This document shows positions 17,687 to 28,100 of a stretch of DNA of 55,721 nucleotides, one piece after another (positions within the stretch are counted from its first letter, which is position 1; each line of letters starts with the position of its first letter). The stretch is from positions 1-55,721 of IMG/VR virus record IMGVR_UViG_3300038958_000005, one strand, 5' to 3'. Origin of the DNA: a virus (Duplodnaviria; Caudoviricetes). Below the pieces are notes generated by a model. That model ran no database searches, was not told the DNA's origin, and saw only the letters and a list, made by a program, of their open reading frames with translations. Made by a program: the position numbers and the translations under genes.

Positions 17687-18508
17687 TTACGCGATGGTGT
17701 TGGCGACGCGCTCCTGACCGAATTCGATGTAATCGACATCGATCTGAAGATCGGAGGCCGCGCGCGTTCCGAACAGGAAGACCGGGCTGAGAAGCTGGCC
17801 GGTCCTGACGGCGTTATCGACCGACTCGGCCACCTTGCCGCCGTTGACGAACGCGTACGCTTTGCCGTTCCGCAGTTCCACTCTCCAGATGACGAATTCG
17901 TTAGCCGCGCCGAGACCGTTGGACGTAAGGTTGACTTTCCTCGTCGTCACGCCGTCACGGGTCACCAGAGCGGCAACCTGCAGCGTTTCGGCCGTGTCCA
18001 GACCGATCACGGCAGCATCAGCAATACCGCCAGCAAGGGAAGGAACATCGATGTCAGCTAGGATATCTCCAGCACTGGCAAGAACGCTACTGACAAGGCC
18101 GACCGTGATCTCCAGATCGGTCACACGGCTGGGCGCGAAACAGATTTCGACCCAGCAGTGTTGTTCAGCAAGAAGCATGGCCGACGTTGCTACCAGTTCG
18201 ACGTTCACGTTGTTGGTAGCCGACGTACTAAGCCTGACCGCACTGGTCCTGGTAGCCGTAGGAGTCAGCTTGGTAATGAAGGCGTTAACATTACTCTCAG
18301 CATAGTTGAGAACCTTGGTCGCACCGACCACATCTGCTGAATCAGCTACCAGGAAATCTTCCCTGAATCGCTCGAAGTCGGATATGCTGTTGAGCGCTAC
18401 CGCTTCGAACAGCGGAGAGCCAGGGCCGTGAGGACCGGCCTTGATTCCCTTTACTTTGCCTGCGACACCGCTGGGGATGACGCGAAGAATCGACGCTCTG
18501 TTAGGCAT
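17687..18508 (-). CDS. capsid-associated/decoration protein (lectin-like beta sandwich)
   Basis: WRVEL..G.AYAFVNG..V, IDVDYI; own promoter and terminator. Confidence 0.55.
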   Translation of the reverse strand: MPNRASILRVIPSGVAGKVKGIKAGPHGPGSPLFEAVALNSISDFERFREDFLVADSADVVGATKVLNYAESNVNAFITKLTPTATRTSAVRLSTSATNNVNVELVATSAMLLAEQHCWVEICFAPSRVTDLEITVGLVSSVLASAGDILADIDVPSLAGGIADAAVIGLDTAETLQVAALVTRDGVTTRKVNLTSNGLGAANEFVIWRVELRNGKAYAFVNGGKVAESVDNAVRTGQLLSPVFLFGTRAASDLQIDVDYIEFGQERVANTIA

Positions 18509-18560
18509 GATACACGCTCCTTTCTGCGTTCACAGGTAATCCTGTACACCACGCTACAGC

Positions 18561-18589
18561 AGTATAGCATGTCAGGATATGCGAATGAA
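18561..18589 (-). promoter_or_regulatory. putative promoter (extended -10)
   Basis: TTCATT-17 nt-(TG)cTATACT upstream of 18508. Confidence 0.45.
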
Positions 18590-18606
18590 CAGTTCGCAGG
18601 ACGTAC

Positions 18607-19425
18607 CTACACGACCGTGGCAGCCTCGGTCTCAATCGGCTTGGAGGCCCGGTAGTGCCGCAGCGACAGTCCGGCAGCCCTGACCGCCTCGGCAGCCTCT
18701 CTGAACGGATATCCGTGACCGGACATGAGATGTGCACGGTAGGACTCGCCGGCCTGAGCCTTCTGTTCCGGCATGAAGAACAGTTGGTGACCACAGGCTT
18801 CGCACACGAAGCTGAGCACGTTACTCTTGATCGCCTCGTACTGCGGGAACTTCAGGCCGGGAATAGGCGGCCGGATGTGCCACTGGTAAGCGATGACCTG
18901 CGAGGCCGGGAACTCTACCGCTCCGCCTTTGCGTAGCATAGGCAGGAACATATGCACTGCATTCGGCTGTACCGGCGGTTCTACGTATCCGTATTTGGTA
19001 ATCGGCGTAAACCCTTTCCTGAGATACGTCGTGTATGCACCGACATCACGGTTTCCCTTGGGAGTCGCTCCACCGGGACCGACCGTAATCCAGTGACTCT
19101 CGACACCGTTAGCCCAGCCTTCGGGCTTTCTCCAGTACATCCAAGGGTATCCGCCGACGCTCGCTTGCTCATCGAACAGAGTACCGTCCGGTCTCGCCTG
19201 TCTCACCGTTTCGAGTTCGGCGCGCAGCGCCTGAATTTCCGCATCCCTGGCGGCCATTGCCTGATTGATGAGCGCCTTGACGGCGTCGATATCATTGGCA
19301 CCCATCTTTCTGGCGATGGCTTCCGCAGCTTCTTCCGTTGCTTCGATATCAGCCCCCAGCGATTCGAATGCGGTCGGTACCAGTCCGCCTTCGAACTCTT
19401 CCATCTCTGGTCTCTTTCTAGCCAT
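18607..19425 (-). CDS. hypothetical protein with C-terminal C2H2-like Zn finger
   Basis: FVCEACG...HLMSGH; GGAGG SD. Confidence 0.7.
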   Translation of the reverse strand: MARKRPEMEEFEGGLVPTAFESLGADIEATEEAAEAIARKMGANDIDAVKALINQAMAARDAEIQALRAELETVRQARPDGTLFDEQASVGGYPWMYWRKPEGWANGVESHWITVGPGGATPKGNRDVGAYTTYLRKGFTPITKYGYVEPPVQPNAVHMFLPMLRKGGAVEFPASQVIAYQWHIRPPIPGLKFPQYEAIKSNVLSFVCEACGHQLFFMPEQKAQAGESYRAHLMSGHGYPFREAAEAVRAAGLSLRHYRASKPIETEAATVV

Positions 19426-19436
19426 GACTGTGCCTC

Positions 19437-19988
19437 CTATTCATGTACTGATGGCGTATTCGGAGTCGTTCGACCAAACCCCCAGGTGCGCGGATGTCTG
19501 GCAGCGCGCTCTTCTTCGATGATCTGTTCACGCTTCTTGAGAATCTCGATCGTGACCTGGGGTGCCCAGAATACTCCTACGATTCGATAATCAACGTATC
19601 CGCGTGAATCTTCGAGGGACATTGGCTGCTTCAGTGTCGGTACTCCCTTGCCCTGGAGATCGAGCAACTCGTCAGGTTGCTGCTTGGTCAGGTCGTGAGT
19701 GATCGAATAGGTGGCATATGGCCTCCCATCTTCGTACGTCACGACCTTCGGATTCCCGTCCGGTAGAGGAATCAGCGTGAGCCCTTGAAGCTCCATCGCG
19801 TGAATGAATTTTTCAGTAGCTTCGATCAGTTTCTTGCGTAGTTCCGATCCGCGGACTCCGTATTCCACGGGAAACGCCGCTTCTCTCGCAACGATCATCT
19901 TCGGCAGGTCCTGCTGCACAGCGATCAAAGGACCGCCAGGACCCTTGCTGGAAGCGATATATCTCATGACGATTCGCGGATCACCCAT
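19437..19988 (-). CDS. hypothetical protein
   Basis: ORF fills the gap downstream of the capsid gene. Confidence 0.65.
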   Translation of the reverse strand: MGDPRIVMRYIASSKGPGGPLIAVQQDLPKMIVAREAAFPVEYGVRGSELRKKLIEATEKFIHAMELQGLTLIPLPDGNPKVVTYEDGRPYATYSITHDLTKQQPDELLDLQGKGVPTLKQPMSLEDSRGYVDYRIVGVFWAPQVTIEILKKREQIIEEERAARHPRTWGFGRTTPNTPSVHE

Positions 19989-19997
19989 CGTTCGAAA

Positions 19998-20027
19998 GGC
20001 GGACCGGAGCGTATGCCCCGGCCCGCC
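19998..20027 (-). terminator. hairpin after major capsid gene
   Basis: GGCGGGCCGGGGC-ATAC-GCTCCGGTCCGCC then TTT on the minus strand. Confidence 0.6.
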
Positions 20028-20039
20028 CTATCTCCTTTC

Positions 20040-20954
20040 TCACTGGCCTCTGATCAGAACGGCACCGTAGTCACCGATTGTCTCAGTAGCCGAACTCTGC
20101 GGACCACCGCTGTCCGTAGGCGGAGTCTCGGCGGGCTGCTCGGCCTCAGCGACGGCGTACAGGTCGAACATCAACATCGCATCGGCGTTGTACTCGATCC
20201 TGTACTGCGTCTTCGGTGTCGGCTTCACCTGCCTGACCAGGATCACGGACGACCGGTGAATCAGCGCGTTGTCGTGCTGACCGGCAGCCGGGGACCGCAG
20301 GAGGTTACTGACGAACGCCGGGTGGCCGAGAATCATTGGCAGCCTGGCCGTTTCGATCGCTGAACGGGCACCGGACTGGAAGTCCTTCGAGATGAAGTGG
20401 TCCTGACCGAAGATGCTCTGAGCAGCGCCAGGGCTGAACACCCACGAAGCGTCGTCATAGAAACCAGCGTCGGCCAGGTACTGCCAGGCCCTGCGGAGCA
20501 CGGAACTGTCCGTGTCACCGCCGTACGTACCTACCACCTGGGAGAAGTTCTGGAACAGGTTGGCCAGAGACACTTCCATACCCCTGACCAGCGCGTACCC
20601 CATCTTCCCGGCCAGAGCGGCGCGGTCGTTGTACTTCGACTGGGCCTGAACGACCGCGTTCAGGAGACACGCAGCGTACTCGTACGTGGACACCGTAATG
20701 TCCTGATTGGTCTGCGTGATCGCATTGAACACGATCGTGTTGCTGATGCCCTCGGTCTTCGTCTGAGTGGCCAGGTTTGACCGGTGCGGGATGTGCAGCA
20801 CGCGGCCAATCGCCATCTCGTCCTCGAACGAGGTGTTCACCAGCTTGGACAACACCTCCTTGAACTCAATAGCATCCTGCGTGTCATCAGCCCAGATTTC
20901 GGGCAGGAACGCAGCATGCGTGGTCGATGTAATTTCTGCTGAAGTAAGTGGCAT
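20040..20954 (-). CDS. major capsid protein (HK97 fold)
   Basis: AFLPEIWA, G..LHIP and G.P.FVSN motifs typical of podovirus coat proteins; follows scaffold; strong codon bias. Confidence 0.85.
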   Translation of the reverse strand: MPLTSAEITSTTHAAFLPEIWADDTQDAIEFKEVLSKLVNTSFEDEMAIGRVLHIPHRSNLATQTKTEGISNTIVFNAITQTNQDITVSTYEYAACLLNAVVQAQSKYNDRAALAGKMGYALVRGMEVSLANLFQNFSQVVGTYGGDTDSSVLRRAWQYLADAGFYDDASWVFSPGAAQSIFGQDHFISKDFQSGARSAIETARLPMILGHPAFVSNLLRSPAAGQHDNALIHRSSVILVRQVKPTPKTQYRIEYNADAMLMFDLYAVAEAEQPAETPPTDSGGPQSSATETIGDYGAVLIRGQ

Positions 20955-20974
20955 CTCTTATCCCTCCCTGACTG

Positions 20975-22042
20975 TTATGGTCTGGCCATAGCAGCCAGAA
21001 TCGCATCGGCTCGTTCATAATCACCCGCTGCCTTGGCTGCCCGGTAGTCTTCCAGCGTTGGCTTCGCAGGAATCGACTGCGACTGCGGGGCCTGTCCAGG
21101 AGTCCGGGGCGGTAGCTTCTTTCGCGTACTCGCCACCCTCGCGACTGCAGCCTTGAGCGCGTTTTCGGACGTGATCCGCTTCAGCGCCTCCTGCTTCTTC
21201 TTCACTTCCGCCAACGCTTCCTTTCTGCCTGCCTCCTTCGCACGCTGAACCAGGAGCTTCACCGATTCGGTGAACAGGAACTCGGTCGCCTTGTCCTGCC
21301 CCTGACGGGGATCGTTGGCGATCCGTTGCGCTGTCTGGACGATCTTCACAACTTCATTCTTTTCCTCCTCGGTGAGAGGCATGACTGATGTCACTCCCTC
21401 ACGAAAGGCGATAGAAAAGGCATTGTCGATCGTCCTGCGCGTTTCAGCTACTGCGGCTGCACCGAACGCTCCCAGATGTTGCATCAGTTCGTTCGGGTCT
21501 ACCTGCAGATCGCTTTCGTTGACCTCCTCACCTTCGGCAAGTTTGCTCGCTGCATCACGTAGGCGGTTGAACACGTTATAGATGCTCTCGACCGCCTGCC
21601 TTCCCTGGCTGATGATGAGTTCAGTTTCCTTACTCGTCTGTTCAGCGCGCAGTCGCTCTTCGAATCTCCGTTCGGCTTCCTGTCTGGCCCGCTCTTCCAG
21701 TTTCTTCTGAATCTTCGGGCTGTTCAGTAGCCGCTCTTCGAAGGCTTCGAGGAAGAGTTCCAGGTCTTCGTCCGAGAGGTCTTCCAGTGGCAGACTCTCT
21801 TCCTCTTCTTCAGCTTCCTCTTCTTCTTCCTCCGGTTCCTCTTCTACTTCCTCTTCGGATTCTTCTTCGCCGGCACCTTCCTCTTCAGTGTCCTCGGACT
21901 CGACATCGTCGTCACCGGCCTGTTCCTCTGAAGTATTCAGGAATTGACGGATCGTTTCCTCATCCCGCTCTTCAGGGGTAGGTGCGGTTTCGGAAGAGTC
22001 GGTGAGCGGCTCATCCGGAGTGAATTTCTTACTACCTGCCAT
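20975..22042 (-). CDS. capsid scaffolding protein
   Basis: very acidic N-terminus, coiled coil, directly upstream of MCP. Confidence 0.7.
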   Translation of the reverse strand: MAGSKKFTPDEPLTDSSETAPTPEERDEETIRQFLNTSEEQAGDDDVESEDTEEEGAGEEESEEEVEEEPEEEEEEAEEEEESLPLEDLSDEDLELFLEAFEERLLNSPKIQKKLEERARQEAERRFEERLRAEQTSKETELIISQGRQAVESIYNVFNRLRDAASKLAEGEEVNESDLQVDPNELMQHLGAFGAAAVAETRRTIDNAFSIAFREGVTSVMPLTEEEKNEVVKIVQTAQRIANDPRQGQDKATEFLFTESVKLLVQRAKEAGRKEALAEVKKKQEALKRITSENALKAAVARVASTRKKLPPRTPGQAPQSQSIPAKPTLEDYRAAKAAGDYERADAILAAMARP

Positions 22043-22079
22043 GACCTGCCTCCTAACGTATCTATACCCTTTATCAATT

Positions 22080-25000
22080 TTATCTTGAAGTCGAGGTTAC
22101 TGCCAGACGGTACTCCTGCAGACTGGTCTGGTTGTATCCCCATTTGGACAGCAATCTGGTAAGCTCAGGGTCTTTGTACTGCATGAGAAGCCGTTCCCTG
22201 GCGCGCAGCTTCTGGAACGCCTTGACGATCGGATCGCGCTGAAGAGCAACTTCAGCGAGGAGTTCGGGGAATCGCTTGCCAGTCTTCGTATACTGATCGA
22301 CGTATTCATAGTACCGCTTCAGCCGGTAGTCGTAGTAATCCTTGTAGCGATCCAGCTTGATACGAGATACACCAGCCCTGGATCTGATGATGTCCTTGAG
22401 CGTATTCCAGGCGATTTCGTCAGCGTCCCACCAACCGCTATCGGCGATATACTTGCGGTCCCGGCGAAGCTCCGTTTCCATCGGCGTTTCACCGATCGTT
22501 TCCGCCGGTTCGATAAGTCGTTCGTATTCTCCTGGGTGCGCTCTCTTCCACTCTTCCTGAACCAGTTCCAGACCGTCAGGATTGATACCTCCGGTGATCG
22601 GGTCGATTGCCCTGGGATCGTCATAGGTCTCGTACCAGGACTGTACTAGCTTCCTGTCACCCTTGCTCTGGACCGTGCCGAGGTGGAGAAGTTCCAGCTG
22701 AGTTCTCGCTTGCGCTCTGATCTGGTTGACCTGATTACGGTACCGGTAGTAATCGCGGGTCTTCTTGAATTCTTCCTCAGCCGCCTCCAGTCTGGCGGCG
22801 CGCTCGTCCAATACGACCTGGATCGCCTTGCTCTTACCTCCTCTCGTCAATCGTTCGCGCTCGTACTGTTCCTTCAGGGCTTTAGCGATGGGATCGTACT
22901 GTATGAATTCCTTGAACCCATTCTGTCTGGTATGTACGGTATTCGCTCCGTCCGGAAATCGCTGTTCACCATTCGGATATGTGATTGACTTCAGGTATTC
23001 GTCATATATCTGATAGGCAGTGAGTGGAGTGGTATTCAGACCGAATCCGGCAGCCATCAGCGATGCAACTTTGTTGCCGGTACCACCTCTGGCTTCGAGA
23101 GCAGCCTGCACCGCGAAAGGAAGCGTGCGCTCCCTGACCAGGGAAACCCAGTCGTTACCGTCTTCTAGAGCCGTTCCTGTGAACGTCTCGCCGGACCAGA
23201 TATCGAGAACGGTTCCGGAGAGAGGCGCAGCCCTGGATCGCCAGAATGATAGGAACGGATTCGAATGAGCACCGCTGAAATCAGGGCTGATGAATCGCGT
23301 AGGATCAGTCTTCGCCGATTCATACGACTCAGCGAACAGCCTGGCCAGAGCGCGCATTCCACCACCGATACCAATCCGGTTATTCCCTATACGTACGGAG
23401 AAGAAGTCCGGATTGAACCGGCCGTTCTTGAGTGGTTCCAGATCAGGTTTCTGTCCTAAAGCATATGAGGTTGTGAGATACAGGGCGGTGGCGGCAGCTG
23501 CCAACCCTCCGAGAGCGAGTCGTGCTTCGTTTCCCGCTTTGTCCGTCTTGAATATGGTTGCTACGGTAGCGAACAGGGAACGAGTGAAGCGGGGAGAGAA
23601 GAAGAGCCAGGTCGCTTCGATATCCTGTTGCCTGGGAGAGACTCCTAGCCTGGCGGTGGAGGTAACGCCGGTCACGTTCCTCACCCACGCGCCCAACGCT
23701 TCTTTCTCAGCAGCAGGGATATCGGTACCGAGAATCCGCTCAAGCGATTTGACATATTCTATCTTGGCTACGTCGAGAGAGGCCTCGAATGCTCTGGCAA
23801 AACGCTTCATACCGGGAATTCGCATGACGAAGGACTGCTCCGGTTCCCTGAGGAGCGCCGATACGTACTCCGTATTCCTAAGCCCACCCAGATATGGAGC
23901 CCAGCGTTCGATCACTTCCTTGTTGGCCGCGTAGTATCGGGACAGATTGGTCGGAGAGAACCAACTCTTGAATCCGTTCCATACGGCGATAGGGAAGATT
24001 GCGGAAGGCCTGGATTTCCTTCCTAATGTGGCTCCCGCCATCAGGAGATGTCCAGTATCAGCGCCCAGCGCACCCAGTAGCTGCACCCCGGTAGTACCGA
24101 AGTCCATCGATGCGATTGCCGCACGGCTTTCCTGAACCAACCAGGTGACCGCTCCGATCGCTGGCTTCGATTTCACTGCCAGAAGTTCGTTGATGTACTT
24201 CACGACATCGGGCGGAGCGTAGTATCCCTTGAGGGCAGGAGTGAGAGATGCATCGAATCCCTGCATACCCCATCGTTCGGGTGATACTCCGGTTCGCGCA
24301 CCTGGACCGAGAATGGCAGCCTTTCTCTTGACGATTCCCGTGGAGATTAGCCATCGCTGGAACTGTGCATCAGCGGTTCTCCTCGATATTTCCAGCGCCT
24401 TGCTGTGCAGTGCAGCATCGGGATCGACGTAGCGCCAGCCTTCTTCTACCATTTCCTTGGCCGAGCGAATCGAGCCGTCCGGATTCATCGCTCTCGATCT
24501 GGTGAACGATCCGCCGGTAGCCAGGGCACCAGCCTTTCTACCCTTCGCTTTACCGAGGATCAGTTCGGCCGGAGAGAGTTCGAATTCGTCTCCTTTGTGC
24601 AGACGCTTACCGTCGAACCATCCCAGTGTCTTCCTGGGAAACATGTCGTCACGTGACCGTAGACGACTACGACCGACCGCTTTGTTGTAGTATCTCCTGA
24701 GATCGCCCCATATATTCTTGCGCAGAAGGAGAGCGTCCCTCTGCTCAGCAGTAAGGTTAAATTGCTTATACAGTTTACCTTCTAGTAGATCGTTGATATG
24801 AACTTTCTCTGTCTGGCCGTCCAACCGTCTCAGTACGGTGAATCCGAGATCGTCAAGGTTGAAGACTTCCTTCAGTGGCTTGCTCTTCGCTACCAACGAC
24901 AACGCTGCCATCGTCGCTGCCTGGCGCTCTTCCCGCAATACCTGATGAGCGATTACATGCCTGGCGATCGGCTCGTTGGTCATATCGGCAGCCGGATTGA

Positions 25001-25130
25001 TGGCGCGGATGAGGAAGCCAATCTGAGGAAACCGGCGAATGACAGCGTTGACCGTTTCCGATTTCTGCAGATTGGCAGCGATGTCGTCGATATTCTCTGG
25101 AGGCTTGACAATTGGACATGTTCCGGCCAT
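22080..25130 (-). CDS. large internal virion/ejection protein
   Basis: 1016 aa helical protein with hydrophobic segments between portal and capsid genes. Confidence 0.6.
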   Translation of the reverse strand: MAGTCPIVKPPENIDDIAANLQKSETVNAVIRRFPQIGFLIRAINPAADMTNEPIARHVIAHQVLREERQAATMAALSLVAKSKPLKEVFNLDDLGFTVLRRLDGQTEKVHINDLLEGKLYKQFNLTAEQRDALLLRKNIWGDLRRYYNKAVGRSRLRSRDDMFPRKTLGWFDGKRLHKGDEFELSPAELILGKAKGRKAGALATGGSFTRSRAMNPDGSIRSAKEMVEEGWRYVDPDAALHSKALEISRRTADAQFQRWLISTGIVKRKAAILGPGARTGVSPERWGMQGFDASLTPALKGYYAPPDVVKYINELLAVKSKPAIGAVTWLVQESRAAIASMDFGTTGVQLLGALGADTGHLLMAGATLGRKSRPSAIFPIAVWNGFKSWFSPTNLSRYYAANKEVIERWAPYLGGLRNTEYVSALLREPEQSFVMRIPGMKRFARAFEASLDVAKIEYVKSLERILGTDIPAAEKEALGAWVRNVTGVTSTARLGVSPRQQDIEATWLFFSPRFTRSLFATVATIFKTDKAGNEARLALGGLAAAATALYLTTSYALGQKPDLEPLKNGRFNPDFFSVRIGNNRIGIGGGMRALARLFAESYESAKTDPTRFISPDFSGAHSNPFLSFWRSRAAPLSGTVLDIWSGETFTGTALEDGNDWVSLVRERTLPFAVQAALEARGGTGNKVASLMAAGFGLNTTPLTAYQIYDEYLKSITYPNGEQRFPDGANTVHTRQNGFKEFIQYDPIAKALKEQYERERLTRGGKSKAIQVVLDERAARLEAAEEEFKKTRDYYRYRNQVNQIRAQARTQLELLHLGTVQSKGDRKLVQSWYETYDDPRAIDPITGGINPDGLELVQEEWKRAHPGEYERLIEPAETIGETPMETELRRDRKYIADSGWWDADEIAWNTLKDIIRSRAGVSRIKLDRYKDYYDYRLKRYYEYVDQYTKTGKRFPELLAEVALQRDPIVKAFQKLRARERLLMQYKDPELTRLLSKWGYNQTSLQEYRLAVTSTSR

Positions 25131-25139
25131 TCTCTCTCC

Positions 25140-28100
25140 TTAGAAGATATTCGTGACGATCCTGGAACCGCATTCACCGAGAACCGAACGATTCTTCGGT
25201 GAAATTGTATTCGCTACCGGACGCTCCACTCCAGCCAACTCCCTCTTGGGATACCGGCTTAGAATTTCATGCTTGATTCGTTCTACATTGAGTTTACGAC
25301 GCGCTTCGAAGAACGGAGTGGCTTCCCAGTACGGTGACGTTCTCGTCGCTCGCTGTAGTCTTCCGCCACGCTCGTAGACTCTTTCTGTTGGTATCTTCTT
25401 CCCTACCCATGCCTGAATGTCGGGTCCAGCGATATCCTTGTTTCTACGCAACCATGCTTTCAGTTGCTCTGGACTCCTGACTTTCTTCAGTTGCTCCAGC
25501 CTGGCTTCGACTCTCGCAATCTCTACAGGATTGTCCGGTATCCGTTGCCAGCCTAGGGATTCTAGGCGGGCCTGTTCGGACCTGGGCAGTTTCTCCCAGG
25601 ACTTTTCCACAATTTTCTCTCCTCGCTGGCGCATCTCCAGTTCCCTCTGGATTTCTCTCTTCTGCCATTCGGGGACGCGCTTGATGGACTTTAGCGTTTC
25701 CTCATCGGCATTGCTGATCCTGGCTCGGAACGATTCGAGCGCTTCATCAGCCATTCTCCTGACTTCCCTGATCACTCCGGGAGATCGAAGATAGGATGGT
25801 AGTTCTCCTGTATCCAGTAGTTGCGCAGCAGCCATTTTCGCGTTGAACTGAAGCATGGCCGCGTCGTTGAGTCTCTGCATAGCCTGCTGAGGCGTTTCTC
25901 CCGGACGGGCATTCAACAGTTTCCTGGCGTGATCCAGTTGCCATGATTCCACTTCGGCCAGAACCGGATCGTCAGCGAACAGGTCGGCTCCCTTGACCTT
26001 TCCCTTCGTCCGTATCTTATATTTCCTGAAGGTTCTTTCGAGAATTTCCTCGAACGTCTCGGCCGTTGTTCCCTGTGGCTTTTCGCCGGCTGCTTTGAGC
26101 AGGTTATCAACCTCTTTCCTGAAGCCGCCCCAGACAGCAGCCTGGAACTTCGCGGGAGGAAGACCGGCCTCTTCTGCAGCTTCCCGGAATACGTGCTGCA
26201 GGAATGCGATCTTTCTCGGATTGTTTTGCCACTTCTTCCACAGGCTTTCCTTGATACCGGCGGCTCCAATGCCCCAGCGGTCAATCGCAATTGCATTACG
26301 TCCACGCTCTCTGTGGATATAGCGGAGTGCTTCGAAGAACGGGGAAATCTTCGGACCGGATGGTTCCAGTCCCATAATGGCAGCTTCCATCTGCTCCGCG
26401 ATCGTACGTGTAGCCAGGCCTCCAGGTATCGGCTCTCCCAGTTTCCACCTCGTGAATGCTCTGAGTGCCATCGGCACGCCGGTAGCCGGACTGGCGTCCA
26501 TCTGAGTAACGGCCAGGAATCGCAGCAGCATCTCCGCGTCTTCCTTGCCGAATTCGTTCACCAAGTAACTCCAGGTTTTGTCGTACCATTTCGATACGTC
26601 CTTTACTGATCCGCGCTCCTTAAGACGCATGCCTTCTTCGGCGAGTGAGATAAGACGCTCGTAGCGAGAAGGCGCGACTTCCGGACCGATTTCGATTCCC
26701 TTGGTCGTAGCGATGAGTTGCTTACCGGTTCCGATTCCAGAAACTTGCTTCTCCAGTAAGTCGAGGACTTCTTTCTTTCTCGATAGCCAGTATTCGGTAT
26801 CTCCGACTTTCTTCGAGAGTGCCCTGGCCCACTCTTCCCAGGTCTCTTCGGGGAAGAGCCAGCGTCTCGCCGCACCGGCCATAATGATGTCTTCATCGGT
26901 CAGGTCCTGTGGCCTCTTGCCCAGTTTCATCGCTCCGAGTTCATCCTTGTGAATCTTTCGTCCTAACGCTTTTACCCGATCATTAATCTTCCGGATTATG
27001 CCCGCAGCCGAACGGAGCAATCTACGTCCCACGTTTCCGGCCGCGACATAATCTACGTATCTTTCTTCTCCGTCCTCGATCAGCCGATTCCGCGATTCGT
27101 CGAACGGAAGTTTCGTGACAGGAATTTCTCTCTGCGCAACGCCCGGTACCTCGATCGATTCGCTCTTACCCAGGTCCCAGATACGCTGCTCTCCGTGCTT
27201 TTGTGCTTCAGCGATTGCCTCTTCTAGAGAATCGAACCGTCGAGAAGCGTCAATATTGACCCACTTCTCTCCGTCACGGACAACGACTTCTGTACCGAGG
27301 ATGAGGTCCTCGTTATCCAGGAATGCATCAGCGTTCTTCCGGATATAGTCGAGTAGTTCCTGAGCGTCAAGATCGCTCAGTCTTACCGACTTCGTTGGCG
27401 CATACCCACCGACGATGTATCCGCTGTCCGCTTCGACGAACGCATGCTTCCTTGGTAGATACGAGGCACCGCCTTCCCGTCGTGTCCTACTGATGAGTGG
27501 CTGGAATTCTTGAGCGGCCCTGGCAACTTCGAGCGCTTCCCGGTACGGACGCTGGCCGTATCGGAGAGTAGCGCGAAATTCTTCCCGCTCCTTGAGTTTC
27601 TCTTCGGCTTCGGAGGCGATCTTCTTTGCTTCCTTGACGATAGGCGTTTCTGGTACCTTCGGCTCTTTACGTTCCGTAACCGCTCTGAAGATTCTCCGCA
27701 ACGCCTCATCCGATAGACCCTCTAGCTCTTCTGGCAGTTCTCCTCTTGCTTCGAGGTCGATTTCCTTGAGCCGCTTGTTCAACGCATTGCGGAATAGTTT
27801 TGCTTCGTTGTACGTGTCGAACCCGCCATAGATGGCCTGATGTGGTGCTTTAGGATCGACTCCGTCTTCGAGCGAGAAGTAGTTGAAGTCGATGACCTCG
27901 AACTTTCCGTCATCCACTCTCTGCCAGATTTCGACACCGGTCTTGCCTTCGTAGACCATCCGTCTGGGGCGGCCATCGAACGTCTCCCTCACGACGGGAC
28001 CGACGGTCTTTCTCCTGGTCTTGGGAATCGCTTCGTCGAATTCTGGAGGAACCTCCTGCCTGAATGCTCGGCCAGCGATTTCTCCGGCCTCACGAACGAT